From an uncultured Spirochaetota bacterium (GTDB taxonomy: Bacteria; Spirochaetota; Brevinematia; Brevinematales; JAOACQ01), in NCBI GenBank assembly GCA_963783575.1, contig CAWAOD010000014.1, positions 352,001 through 416,000 of the forward strand: a stretch of 64,000 nucleotides of DNA, read 5' to 3'. Positions 9,946-20,047 of this stretch are shown piece by piece; within the stretch, counting starts at the first letter, position 1, and each line of letters begins with the position of its first letter. Both the position numbers and the translations under genes were made by a program. The notes beneath the pieces were generated by a model. It saw nothing but the letters and a program-made list of their open reading frames with translations. It did not search any database and was not told where the DNA came from.

Positions 9946-11991
9946 ATGCCGGGGTCTTTAGAAATCATATATTATTCTATCAGCTCAAAAAAGAGGGAAG
10001 ATCTTATTTTTTGGATTCCTGAACTCTGGATGACTGAAAACGAAACTGCCATTATGGAAAAAAAACAAAAGCAAATTCGGGTAGAACCATATTCCTTTTT
10101 AACTTCTCAAATTAAAAAAATTCTTTCATTGAATAATAAAAATTACAACTATAATTCCAGCTTATCGAGTTTAAAAGAATACAAGTTTGATTCCGATAGA
10201 ATAATTGATGGTAAAATCAGGAGAAAACCAGGTGATTGGCTAATCGGAGCCTCAATATATGGTATAAACCTCCGTAATTTTTCGGCATATGACCATGATC
10301 AGGATGGAAAAATAGGTCATGGATCATGTGATGATATAACAATAAACAGTCAGGGAATAAGAGAAACCGGAACATTTATTAAGACTGCGGCTATACTTCC
10401 ATACATCAAATCTATGGGTTTTAATACCATTTGCCTGACTCCGGTAATGTTGACAGGTAAAGCATACAAATCCGGTGAATTGGGATCTCCTTATTCAATT
10501 AAAAATCCATTCAAACTGGATAATATCTATCATGATCCATTTATCAATGAAATACCAATAGAAATGGAGTGGAAAGCTCTTATTGAAGCCTGTCATATGA
10601 TGGATTTACGTATTATTCTGGACTTTACTCTTAAAACAGCCTCAAGGGATTCGGATTTCATACCGGAACATCCAGATTGGTTTTATTGGATTGATAATAC
10701 AGCTATATTAAATGATGACTCAAAATTCAATAATCAAAAAAGTAATAGTGATAAGTTAAGCAAAAAAAGATATACTCATTTTTTTGTAAATCCGCCGGAA
10801 AATAAAGATATTATTTTTGAGAATGAAAGTACAGGATATTTTATAAAATTTCAAAATAAAAAAGCAATTATACCCGAAGCTAATTCAATAATGGATAAAA
10901 TTAGCGATCTTTCAAATGATATTACCTTTTTTAAGCTTACTGATGAAATAAATGAGATTCCGAGTATCAATTCAAAATATGTTAAAAAATCGATTGATAT
11001 AAACACAAATTTATGGAAAACACTCGCCGGAATTGTTCCTTACTATCAGAAAGAATATGGTATCGATGGTGCAAAGTTTAACCAGAATGGATTCTTACCG
11101 CCAGGTTTGATGAAAATGGTTATAAATAATATTAGAAATACAGATCCTGATTTTGGTTTAATATCGGAAAATTTTGAACCGGATAAAAAAAACAGGGAAA
11201 ATGGTTATAATTTATCTTCAGGCAATTATCAGATAAATTTGTTTAAAATAAATCAAAGCAATAAGAAACATCAAAATCAATTGAAGACTTTTATTAATAA
11301 TTTAACAAATGTTCAATGTCCTGCACTGGGAGCGCCTGAAACTCTGGATTCACCAAGAGCTGCTGTCAGAAGAGGCGGAATAAAATTTTCTTTAGCCTCA
11401 TGGATTCTTGTGAATACATTACCCAATACAGTTCCATTCTGCAACTCCGGATTTGAATTGGGAGAAAAAAATCCTGATAGCCTTAATTCCGGTTTTAGTA
11501 TTGAAGAAAAAGAATCTATGATAAGAAAAAAATTAGGTTTATATGATGCTACAGCTTTAAACTGGGATTCAATTTCTGCTGATGAATTAATCGGTTTAAT
11601 AATAAAAATCAATAAATTCAGGCAGGAAAATATTGGAATTATTACTCATATAGATAATTTTTATCTTCTGGATTCGGAAGTGGATGGAGAATTAACATTG
11701 TCCCCTGAGAATCCTGTTATTGCTTATTTAAGGGCATTCAGGGATGAAATTATAAATTATATGGCAACCGGGATTTTCGGTGAAATTTTATATCCAATAG
11801 AGGTAGAAAACGATTACCTGATAGTTGTAAATATGGATTTTGAAAATGAAAGGATTGTTTCAATAAAAATGTGTGGTGATATGGCTTTTAATAACATATT
11901 CAAAGCCGAGGAATTGAAAACCGTAAATCAGGAATTAAATCTAAAGTTAAAACCCGGAGAATTTATAATAGCAGCAAGTATTTATAAATGA
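9946..11991 (+). CDS. GH13 alpha-amylase family protein (maltosyltransferase-like), catalytic nucleophile apparently lost
   Basis: ETGTFIK..LPYIKSMGFNTI.L.P, GSPYSIKN, ASRDSDFIPEHPDWFYWI, YGIDGAKFN and ETLDSPRA. Confidence 0.75.
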   Translation: MPGSLEIIYYSISSKKREDLIFWIPELWMTENETAIMEKKQKQIRVEPYSFLTSQIKKILSLNNKNYNYNSSLSSLKEYKFDSDRIIDGKIRRKPGDWLIGASIYGINLRNFSAYDHDQDGKIGHGSCDDITINSQGIRETGTFIKTAAILPYIKSMGFNTICLTPVMLTGKAYKSGELGSPYSIKNPFKLDNIYHDPFINEIPIEMEWKALIEACHMMDLRIILDFTLKTASRDSDFIPEHPDWFYWIDNTAILNDDSKFNNQKSNSDKLSKKRYTHFFVNPPENKDIIFENESTGYFIKFQNKKAIIPEANSIMDKISDLSNDITFFKLTDEINEIPSINSKYVKKSIDINTNLWKTLAGIVPYYQKEYGIDGAKFNQNGFLPPGLMKMVINNIRNTDPDFGLISENFEPDKKNRENGYNLSSGNYQINLFKINQSNKKHQNQLKTFINNLTNVQCPALGAPETLDSPRAAVRRGGIKFSLASWILVNTLPNTVPFCNSGFELGEKNPDSLNSGFSIEEKESMIRKKLGLYDATALNWDSISADELIGLIIKINKFRQENIGIITHIDNFYLLDSEVDGELTLSPENPVIAYLRAFRDEIINYMATGIFGEILYPIEVENDYLIVVNMDFENERIVSIKMCGDMAFNNIFKAEELKTVNQELNLKLKPGEFIIAASIYK

Positions 11992-12022
11992 TGATTTCTA
12001 ATATTAAAGAAGGTGTACAAAT

Positions 12023-12625
12023 ATGTTTTATTCAATCAATGGGATATTAACTTCAAAAGATGAAAATCAGGTAATTATAGAAACGGGCGGTATCGGTTTT
12101 GAAATTGCAGTACCCAGATCAGTTTCACAACATATACCTGATGCCGGAAATAATATAACCCTGTATGTCAAAATGATTGTTCGGGAAGATGATATATATC
12201 TTGTTGGTTTTTCTACCCTTGCAGATAGAAGATTATTCGAGAGTTTAACGACTGTTTCCGGTATCGGCCCTAAGCAGGGCCTGAAAATTTTATCCGATCT
12301 CAGTGCTTATGAGATTCGACAGGCTATTATTTCCGGAAATGTAACCGAGTTAAGTAAAGTTAAGGGTGTCGGCGCAAAAACAGCATCAAGAATAATACTT
12401 GAACTCAAGGATAAAATGAGCAAACTTAATATCGGTGATATAGCGGAGCCGTCGAGCATTCTTGAAAAGAAAAAACTGGAAATACTCCTGGCTATGAGAG
12501 TACTGGGCTATTCCGACAGTGATTCAAAAAGGGTTATAGAATCAACTTTTGCCAGTTCTGAAGAAATAAAAAATAAAAAAGTTGAGGATATAATCAAACT
12601 AATTTTATCAAAGATGTTTAGATAA
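12023..12625 (+). CDS. ruvA: Holliday junction branch migration protein RuvA
   Basis: VREDDIYLVGF, VSGIGPK, VKGVGAKTASRIILELKDK and C-terminal LGY domain. Confidence 0.95.
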   Translation: MFYSINGILTSKDENQVIIETGGIGFEIAVPRSVSQHIPDAGNNITLYVKMIVREDDIYLVGFSTLADRRLFESLTTVSGIGPKQGLKILSDLSAYEIRQAIISGNVTELSKVKGVGAKTASRIILELKDKMSKLNIGDIAEPSSILEKKKLEILLAMRVLGYSDSDSKRVIESTFASSEEIKNKKVEDIIKLILSKMFR

Positions 12626-12823
12626 ACTATAAATATTTAATCCCAATGGTTTTAGACTCAAATTACCATTTTAGCAGTAAATTTTATTTTTTACTGATTT
12701 TATTATACAATAATACAATATAAAGAAAAAATATTATAATATCTGCAGGATTCAATAAATGATGAATGCAGAATAGCAGTAAGCTACTTTATAATTATGA
12801 TTATTTAAAATTTACAGGTTTTT

Positions 12824-13390
12824 ATGAAGATATTTATTAAATATTTAATAATTGCCTTTATTACTCTTGGTTATATTTCATGTTACCAGGATACTCCTGC
12901 TGACAATACCAAAACGGAGGATAATTATCAGGATGATTCGACTATAGAAGTCATAAATAATGGGAATTATTCACCCAGAGTCCTGGATTTAATAAAAAAT
13001 TCCCAAATTTGTACTTATATAGTTATGTATGCTATGAAATATTACACGATGGATGATTCAAGCGGCGTAAATGAACTTCTTATGGCACTTGTTGACGCAA
13101 AAAAAAGAGGTATTGAAATAAAAATCATACTTGATAATACTACTGCGGTTGATTATCCGGAAACTACAAATTATCTAAAATCAAATTTAATAAGTTATAA
13201 GGTTCACCCCGGAACAATAACCACTCATGCGAAACTTTTAATTATTGATAATAGCATAACGGTTATCGGAAGCCATAACTGGACAGAATCGGCTTTTAAC
13301 AGTAATAATGAAACAAGTGTAGTTATCTACTTAAAAACTGTTGCTGAAAAGGAAAAAGATTACTTCTTTGATCTTTACAATAAATATTGA
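12824..13390 (+). CDS. phospholipase D / Nuc-family lipoprotein (single HKD)
   Basis: Signal peptide ending YISC; HAKLLIID...GSHNWT...N.E motif. Confidence 0.8.
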   Translation: MKIFIKYLIIAFITLGYISCYQDTPADNTKTEDNYQDDSTIEVINNGNYSPRVLDLIKNSQICTYIVMYAMKYYTMDDSSGVNELLMALVDAKKRGIEIKIILDNTTAVDYPETTNYLKSNLISYKVHPGTITTHAKLLIIDNSITVIGSHNWTESAFNSNNETSVVIYLKTVAEKEKDYFFDLYNKY

Positions 13391-13419
13391 TTATAATAAA
13401 TATTAAAGGAAATTAAATT

Positions 13420-15576
13420 ATGAAAAGGATTGCTATCCTGACAATATTTATCGTTATATTATTTAATGAAATCAATTATTCCCAGACAGTTGATTTAATC
13501 CTTTCTGAAAAAAACTTTAAAACCGGAATTACCCGATTTTATAACCGTGAATATGAAGCTGCCATACAGCTTTTTACCAAATCCTTATCATTTCAGCCGA
13601 TGAATTTCAAATCCCGGTATTATCTAGGTCTTGCATATCTTAATTCGGGATATGCAAAAAATGCTATTGTGGAATGGGAAAGCCTGATTAAACTTGGCGG
13701 AGGCAATTATCTTGTTAAACAAAAACTGAATGATTTGTACTTTCGTCTGGCTATCGATAAAAGTTACGACTATTCGACTCCCTATATGTTTTCAAAATAT
13801 TATGACGGTATTGAAAATGGGATGCATAAAATAATACGGCCTTCATTTATAATTTATGATCCACAATATGATTCAACAATAGTTTCTTCGGCTAAAACAA
13901 AGTTTGTTGTAGAAGTTGACGGAAGCGGACGGGTGGTTAGACAATTCGGAAGAGAATTTGGGGATTTTTCAATCTTTAAAACTCCAACAGGGATCTGTTT
14001 ATATAACAATAAATTATACATTTCTGATTATACGGCAGATAATATTTATGTTTTTGCACGTGACAGTAAATATCTTTTTAAAATCGGCAACGGGTCGGCC
14101 CCAACAAATGCAGGGATTCTCCAGAATATTTTATCGGTTCCTTTAAGCTTATTTAAAAAAATACCTGTTATAGGATATACAGTGTCCAATCTTGCTGGCC
14201 CGATGGGTCTGGCAATATCAAGCGATGAATATCTTTTTGTTGTAGATAACGGTAATGACAGGATACAAAAATTTGATCTTTCCGGAAACTGGATACAGAG
14301 CATAGGTGAAAATGAATTAAAAAGACCTACTGATATTGCAATTAAGGATAATGTACTTTATATTTCTGATACTTATAATAAGAGAATTGTTACTTTTGAC
14401 ACTTTTGGAAACGTTCTTGAAACAATTGGCGAAAATCAATTGATAGAACCCAGGGGATTGTTCCTTAAAGACGATAAACTTTATATAACCGATTCAAAAA
14501 CAGGAATTTATATATATAATATTTCAAACAAGTCTTTTGAAAAATTCGGGCTCGATGAAGGTAAATTAAAATTTCCTTTTGATGTTTGTCTTGATTCAAA
14601 AAATGTCCTGTATGAAACCGATTTTAATACCCAGAATATAGCCATCTTTAATCCGTTACAGCTTCAATACGCAAATCTCGGCGTTCAGATATCACAGATC
14701 TGGACAGCAACATACCCTGATAACTTCCTTCATCTTAGAGTGTGGGATAAAACAGGCATCCCCATTTATAATCTTAAGGAAGATAATATACAGGTTTTTG
14801 AAGAAGGAACGGAAATACCTCTGATAAGAACAGGTAATACTTTCTATTACAAAAAAAACATGTATGTAAAATTAATTATAGATAAAAGCATTCCTATGCT
14901 GCAATATAATCCTGAATTAATAGAATGCATGAATTCATTCCTACAAAAATCCACGGGAAGCGACTGGCTGGACCTAGTTGTTGTAAACATTGAAACGGAG
15001 AATTCCGGCAGGATAAATTCCAGCACACTCTGGCCGATTGATTATATTAAAAAATTCTCATATACGAACTCCTATCCCAATGATCTTGATAAAGCATTTC
15101 ATAAATCCATTACCGAACTTTTGAATATTAACAGGAATAAAGCAATTCTTTTAATTACAGCCGGAGAAATCGGACAAACGACTTTTGATGATTATGATCC
15201 AGATATGCTTGTAACTTATGCAAAGCAGAATGCGATTCCAATCTATATTGTAAATTTTACAGACAAGAATAAAGAAATTTTCCAGAGAATGGGAGAAGAA
15301 ACTTTTGGTAAATATTATAGTATGAAGAATATTAAAGAAATTATGAATCTTTATAATGAAATAAAAAATTCCCAACCACTTGAATATATTATCAGTTATA
15401 GCGGTTTAAATTTGAAGGGATTGAGAAATTATTGGGTAAACGTTCACATCAAAATAAATTACAAGGATTTTACCGGAGTTGATGATATAGGATATTATAT
15501 TCCTGAATTTGCCACCAGACAAACTTTATTCAATTTCGGTAAAGAAAAAAATACTATACAGGTTCCTAAAGAATGA
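13420..15576 (+). CDS. exported TPR + NHL-repeat + vWA-like protein
   Basis: Signal peptide, TPR (YYLGLAYLNSG), several NHL blades (PTGI..LYISD, PMGLAI..VVDNGNDRIQKFD) and a vWA-like C-terminal region. Confidence 0.7.
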   Translation: MKRIAILTIFIVILFNEINYSQTVDLILSEKNFKTGITRFYNREYEAAIQLFTKSLSFQPMNFKSRYYLGLAYLNSGYAKNAIVEWESLIKLGGGNYLVKQKLNDLYFRLAIDKSYDYSTPYMFSKYYDGIENGMHKIIRPSFIIYDPQYDSTIVSSAKTKFVVEVDGSGRVVRQFGREFGDFSIFKTPTGICLYNNKLYISDYTADNIYVFARDSKYLFKIGNGSAPTNAGILQNILSVPLSLFKKIPVIGYTVSNLAGPMGLAISSDEYLFVVDNGNDRIQKFDLSGNWIQSIGENELKRPTDIAIKDNVLYISDTYNKRIVTFDTFGNVLETIGENQLIEPRGLFLKDDKLYITDSKTGIYIYNISNKSFEKFGLDEGKLKFPFDVCLDSKNVLYETDFNTQNIAIFNPLQLQYANLGVQISQIWTATYPDNFLHLRVWDKTGIPIYNLKEDNIQVFEEGTEIPLIRTGNTFYYKKNMYVKLIIDKSIPMLQYNPELIECMNSFLQKSTGSDWLDLVVVNIETENSGRINSSTLWPIDYIKKFSYTNSYPNDLDKAFHKSITELLNINRNKAILLITAGEIGQTTFDDYDPDMLVTYAKQNAIPIYIVNFTDKNKEIFQRMGEETFGKYYSMKNIKEIMNLYNEIKNSQPLEYIISYSGLNLKGLRNYWVNVHIKINYKDFTGVDDIGYYIPEFATRQTLFNFGKEKNTIQVPKE

Positions 15577-15638
15577 AATAATTTGATATTTTGCCTAAAT
15601 TTATTTAAAATAATATATATTTAATGAGGAAAAGTGTA

Positions 15639-15734
15639 ATGTTCAGTTATTCTTTTTTAAATTGTTTAAGACTTTTTGTGATGGTAGTTGTGACAGGTAA
15701 TTTTGTCTATAGGTTTTTCTTCAGGGATAACTGA
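15639..15734 (+). CDS. ilvB leader peptide 1 (MFSYSFLNCLRLFVMVVVTGNFVYRFFFRDN)
   Basis: GAGG SD, 31 codons, Val run GTAGTTGTGACA, upstream of the attenuator. Confidence 0.5.
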   Translation: MFSYSFLNCLRLFVMVVVTGNFVYRFFFRDN

Positions 15735-15753
15735 AATAAATAAGGAGAAAATC

Positions 15754-15840
15754 TTGAATAAAAAAGTATTTACCCTATCGCTATTAGCTGTAGTTGTGAC
15801 AGTCTTTAATTTTATTATACGGTTAAAATCGATGGGTTAA
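15754..15840 (+). CDS. ilvB leader peptide 2 (MNKKVFTLSLLAVVVTVFNFIIRLKSMG)
   Basis: AAGGAG SD, TTG start, Leu/Val control codons; ends 21 nt before the terminator. Confidence 0.65.
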   Translation: MNKKVFTLSLLAVVVTVFNFIIRLKSMG

Positions 15841-15861
15841 ATATTAAAAGTATACATAACT

Positions 15862-15894
15862 AAACCCCCTTCGGAAAACCGGAGGGGGTTTTTT
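15862..15894 (+). terminator. attenuator terminator upstream of ilvB
   Basis: AAACCCCCTTCGG-AAAA-CCGGAGGGGGTTT followed by a T run, directly before the ilvB SD. Confidence 0.85.
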
Positions 15895-15908
15895 ATTGGA
15901 GGAATAAA

Positions 15909-17635
15909 ATGAAAATTTCAGGAGCGGAAATTACAATTAAATTGCTGGAAAAACTGGGAATTAAAATAATTGCCGGTATTCCTGGAGGTTCAAATCTGCC
16001 GCTTTACGATGCGCTTTGCAAAAGCGGGATTCGTCATATACTGGCGCGTCATGAACAGGGAGCCGGATTCATTGCCCAAGGTATGGCAAGATCGACAGGC
16101 CGGCCGGCAGTTTGTTTCGCTACTTCAGGTCCCGGAGCCACAAATCTAGTCACTGCAATTGCCGATGCAAAACTTGACTCCATACCAATAATTGCAATAA
16201 CAGGACAGGTATCAACATCATTAATCGGTACTGATGCTTTTCAGGAAGTCGATACATATGGATTGACATTGCCTATAACAAAGCACAATTTCCTTGTACG
16301 AAAAGCCGAAGAGCTTATTTCGATTATTCCGGAAGCCTTTAAAATCGCAGGTGCGGGGAGGCCCGGGCCTGTTGTTATCGATATTCCAAAAGATGTTCAG
16401 CAGGAATCGATTGATTTCGCAATTTATAAGTATCCCGGTAAATTGCAAACTGCGTCCTGTTCACATATTAAAAATAATGAATCTTCTGACCATGAAATCC
16501 ACAGTAACTTAATCAATAATGCGGTGGAAATAATAAATAAATCAAGGAGACCGGTCATTATAAGCGGAGGCGGTGTAATAATTTCTGAAGCAAATTCATT
16601 ATTATATGAGCTGGCTCAAAAAAATAATATCCCGGTTGCATCCACACTTATGGGAATTGGAAGTTTCCCACAGATGATCCGCTCTATCTTGGAATGATTG
16701 GAATGCACGGAGCCCGTTATACAAATTTTGTACTTAATGAGTCTGATTTACTCATAGTTTTAGGCGCCCGTTTTGATGACAGGGCTACGGGAAATGTTAA
16801 GATGTTTTGCCCTGAAGCTTCGATTCTGCATATTGATGTCGATCCGTCTGAAATTGATAAAATAAAAAAATCAAATCTTTCCATAGTCGGAGATATAAGT
16901 AAAGTATTGGATAATATAATTCCTTTCATTAATAGAAATACAAGACAGGAATGGCTTACAAGAATAAATGATCTGATCCGGGAAAATCCTTCATTGCCGA
17001 ATTATTATACTGAAAAGCTTCATCCGGTGAGGATAATTAGAGAAATAGGCAAATTAGCGGGAATTAATGCGATTATTGCCACAGATGTTGGCCAGCATCA
17101 GATGTGGACCGCCCAATCCTACCCTTTCAGGAAACCCAGGACATTTTTAACATCAGGAGGGCTTGGTACAATGGGTTTTGGATTACCGGTGTCAATAGGA
17201 GCCGCTCTTGCAAACCCGGAAAAGCAGATAATATGCATCAGCGGGGATGGTTCTATTTTGATGAATATGCAGGAATTGGCCACTATGTCGGAACTCGGGC
17301 TTAAAATTAAGGTTATTATTATGAATAACGGTCATCTTGGCCTTGTCAGGCAACAACAGGAGCAATTTTACAGTCAAAATTATATTGCTTCCAGATTTAT
17401 TTCTAACCCGAATTTTACAAAAATCGGACAGGCTTTTGGGATAGACAGCTGCGATTTATGTGAAAATGATAATTCATCGGACATTCTTGAAAAAGCATTA
17501 TTATCAAACGGACCGTATTTAATTAATGCCCATGTCCCGCAGGAAATAAACGTTGCGCCGATTGTACCGCCTGGATCTGCTAACACTGAAATGATTGGTG
17601 GTGAATATTATGACAGACAGGTTATATCAATATGA
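15909..17635 (+). CDS. ilvB: acetolactate synthase large subunit, frameshift at 16667-16669
   Basis: RHEQGAGF, TSGPGATN, GMHG, DVGQHQMW, SGGLGTMGFG and the GDGS..NN ThDP motif. Adding one C to CCC restores GSFPTDDPLYLGMIGMHG. Confidence 0.92.
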
Positions 17636-17681
17636 TCATTGAACAGATTGTTCAAAATCATTTAGTTGAAGCATCGAAGGG

Positions 17682-19022
17682 TTAAAATAATGCAGAAATT
17701 GTTTCTTCAATTGACTTAACTGGCAATTGCTGAATTTGAAAAATTTGTTTTTGATTGAGGTCCTGGTAAGGAATAATGATCTTTTTCATTCCAAGCCTGG
17801 ACATTTCCGAAATCCTTTTTCCCGGCCTCTGGACTGGCCTTACTTCGCCCGTCAGTCCTACCTCGCCGAAAACTGCCGTTTCGACCGGTGACGGAATATC
17901 TTTTAATGAAGAATACAGCGCCGTAATTACGGCAAGATCGAGTGAAGGATCATTAATTTTCAGGCCGTTTGTGATGTTTAAAAAAACATCGTTGCTTGCG
18001 AGATTTACCTTCAATCTTTTTTCCATAATCGCTATCAGCATATACAGGCGGTTTATATCCATACCGTCAGATGTTCTTTTCGGGTAATTGAATTGAGAAG
18101 GGGAACATAGAGCCTGTATTTCAACCGGGAAAACCCTGCTGCCTTCAAGTAGCGGAAATATGGCTATTCCGCTGACATTCTCGGGATGCATAAAAGTAAA
18201 GGCTGTTGAGTCATTTTCAATTCCTTTAAGGCCAGTCTCCTCCATTGTAAATAGTCCAACTTCATCTGTGGAAAAAAATCGGTTTTTAAGGCTTCTTAAA
18301 ATCCTGTAATATCCGCGGTTGTCTGTTTCAAGAAAAATAACGGTATCGACAATGTGTTCTATTATTTTAGGGCCTGCAATGCTTCCGCTTTTTGTGATAT
18401 GACCGATTAAAATCAACGGAATATTCATTTCCTTACATAAGCTCACAAGTGTAAAAGATGATTCCCTGATCTGAACAATGCTTCCGGGTAATGAAGAAAA
18501 TCTTTCGGAATAAAGCGTCTGAATCGAATCGATTAATACTACTTCCGGTTTATCCTTTTTTATTATCTCTGCAATATCATCGGTATTGTTTACAGAAACT
18601 AGGAAAAGATTCTTTGAATCGGCCGAAATCCGTTTTGCCCTTACTTTTACCTGTGAATTCGATTCTTCTCCGTTTATATAATACACTTTTTTGTTTTCAG
18701 CAATCCGGTTTGCAATACTTAAAATCAGTGTTGACTTTCCAATTCCAGGCTCACCTGATAATAAAATCGCCTGGCCTGGTACAATTCCACCAAGAACCCT
18801 GTCTAACTCAAATTCTTTTGAAAAAAGCCTTTCATTATCATTAAATTGAATATCAGATATGGATACAGGCCTTATAATTGAATCCTTTCTTACAGGCTCT
18901 TTTTTCGATGTTTCCTCGAATTCTTCAATAAATGTATTCCATGATCCGCAATCCGGACATTTCCCAAGCCATTTTGAAGTTTTATACCCGCAGTTTGAAC
19001 ATAGATAAATTGTTTTTTGCAT
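17682..19022 (-). CDS. radA: DNA repair protein RadA/Sms
   Basis: CSNCG..WLGKCPDC zinc finger, GEPGIGKST, KNRF motif, Lon-like C-terminus. Likely start MQKTIYLC at 19022. Confidence 0.95.
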   Translation of the reverse strand: MQKTIYLCSNCGYKTSKWLGKCPDCGSWNTFIEEFEETSKKEPVRKDSIIRPVSISDIQFNDNERLFSKEFELDRVLGGIVPGQAILLSGEPGIGKSTLILSIANRIAENKKVYYINGEESNSQVKVRAKRISADSKNLFLVSVNNTDDIAEIIKKDKPEVVLIDSIQTLYSERFSSLPGSIVQIRESSFTLVSLCKEMNIPLILIGHITKSGSIAGPKIIEHIVDTVIFLETDNRGYYRILRSLKNRFFSTDEVGLFTMEETGLKGIENDSTAFTFMHPENVSGIAIFPLLEGSRVFPVEIQALCSPSQFNYPKRTSDGMDINRLYMLIAIMEKRLKVNLASNDVFLNITNGLKINDPSLDLAVITALYSSLKDIPSPVETAVFGEVGLTGEVRPVQRPGKRISEMSRLGMKKIIIPYQDLNQKQIFQIQQLPVKSIEETISALF

Positions 19023-19026
19023 AGAA

Positions 19027-19287
19027 TTATTTTTTTGAACTGGCTGAATTTTCCGGTTGATTTTGATTCGTTTTTTTATTTTTTCCATAAATAATGGAGA
19101 ATGTTAATATTCCGATGAGGAACCCAATAAATAAACTGACAATAATAACAGCTATAACAGGAGCTGAAATCTCTAAAAATAAAAAACGAACCGCTACAGG
19201 ACTAGCATTCTGTGCAATGGCTATAACAGCAATGGCTATAAATATGCATAAGAGAACAATTTTTAAAATAAAACTGGAATTTTTCAT
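19027..19287 (-). CDS. LapA-family membrane protein
   Basis: Two TM helices with AQN...V.VRFL pattern. Confidence 0.7.
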   Translation of the reverse strand: MKNSSFILKIVLLCIFIAIAVIAIAQNASPVAVRFLFLEISAPVIAVIIVSLFIGFLIGILTFSIIYGKNKKTNQNQPENSASSKK

Positions 19288-19298
19288 AATTTATCACC

Positions 19299-19838
19299 TC
19301 AATTTCTTTCCTCAATGTTAAGTTCTTTCGACAGCCTGTCCTTAATATCTTTAGTGATATCATAGTCTTTATCAAAATACAGTAATGTTTCGCTTCCTTT
19401 ACGGAATACGAAACTGTAGCCTTTTTCTGCGCTAACCCTTTGTATCAATGTGGCGATTTTCAAATAAACAGGTTTTGTCAATTCATCTTTTAAAGCATTC
19501 AATTTTTTGTTTGTATCGTCAATATATTCACTTAAAACTTCTTTTTTGTATTCAATTTCCGCTTCTCTCCTCTGTTTTTCATCTTCTGTCAACTGTGGGG
19601 AATTTAATTGATAATCTTTTTCAAGATTTGCAACTTCTTCTTTCTGTCTATCGATTTCGACCTGATATTTTTCTCTCTCCTTCTTCATTTTATCCCTGAT
19701 ATCCTGAGTTCCCGGATATGTGTTAAAAACATCCTCTACATCAACATAACCTATCTTCATCAATCTGGCTCCATAACCGTTAGCAATAGCTGCAAGTAAT
19801 ATAATAACTGTTGTTATTAAAATTCTTTTAAAAATCAT
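19299..19838 (-). CDS. skp: OmpH/Skp periplasmic chaperone
   Basis: KIGYVDVEDVF, coiled coil, GYSFVF...DITKDI; follows bamA. Confidence 0.9.
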   Translation of the reverse strand: MIFKRILITTVIILLAAIANGYGARLMKIGYVDVEDVFNTYPGTQDIRDKMKKEREKYQVEIDRQKEEVANLEKDYQLNSPQLTEDEKQRREAEIEYKKEVLSEYIDDTNKKLNALKDELTKPVYLKIATLIQRVSAEKGYSFVFRKGSETLLYFDKDYDITKDIKDRLSKELNIEERN

Positions 19839-20047
19839 ATATTCCTCCTACGTTATCCATATTGAAGCTTATGCTTCCAGGATGAGCGGAATTCTAAAAT
19901 TTCATTTTTTCAGAATGATATTAATTATTTTTAAACCAATTTTATCATCGAAATACTAATATAAATTCCAATATATTGCAAATCATTTATATTACTTTTT
20001 GAGTTCCAACTTTTAATAAGCTGTAATATGTCTTAAGAAGGATTTTT

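Noticed and set aside
16660..16700. Programmed ribosomal frameshifting in ilvB or the other split genes
   Set aside because: No shared slippery heptamer or stimulatory structure; mixed +1 and -1 events across unrelated genes.
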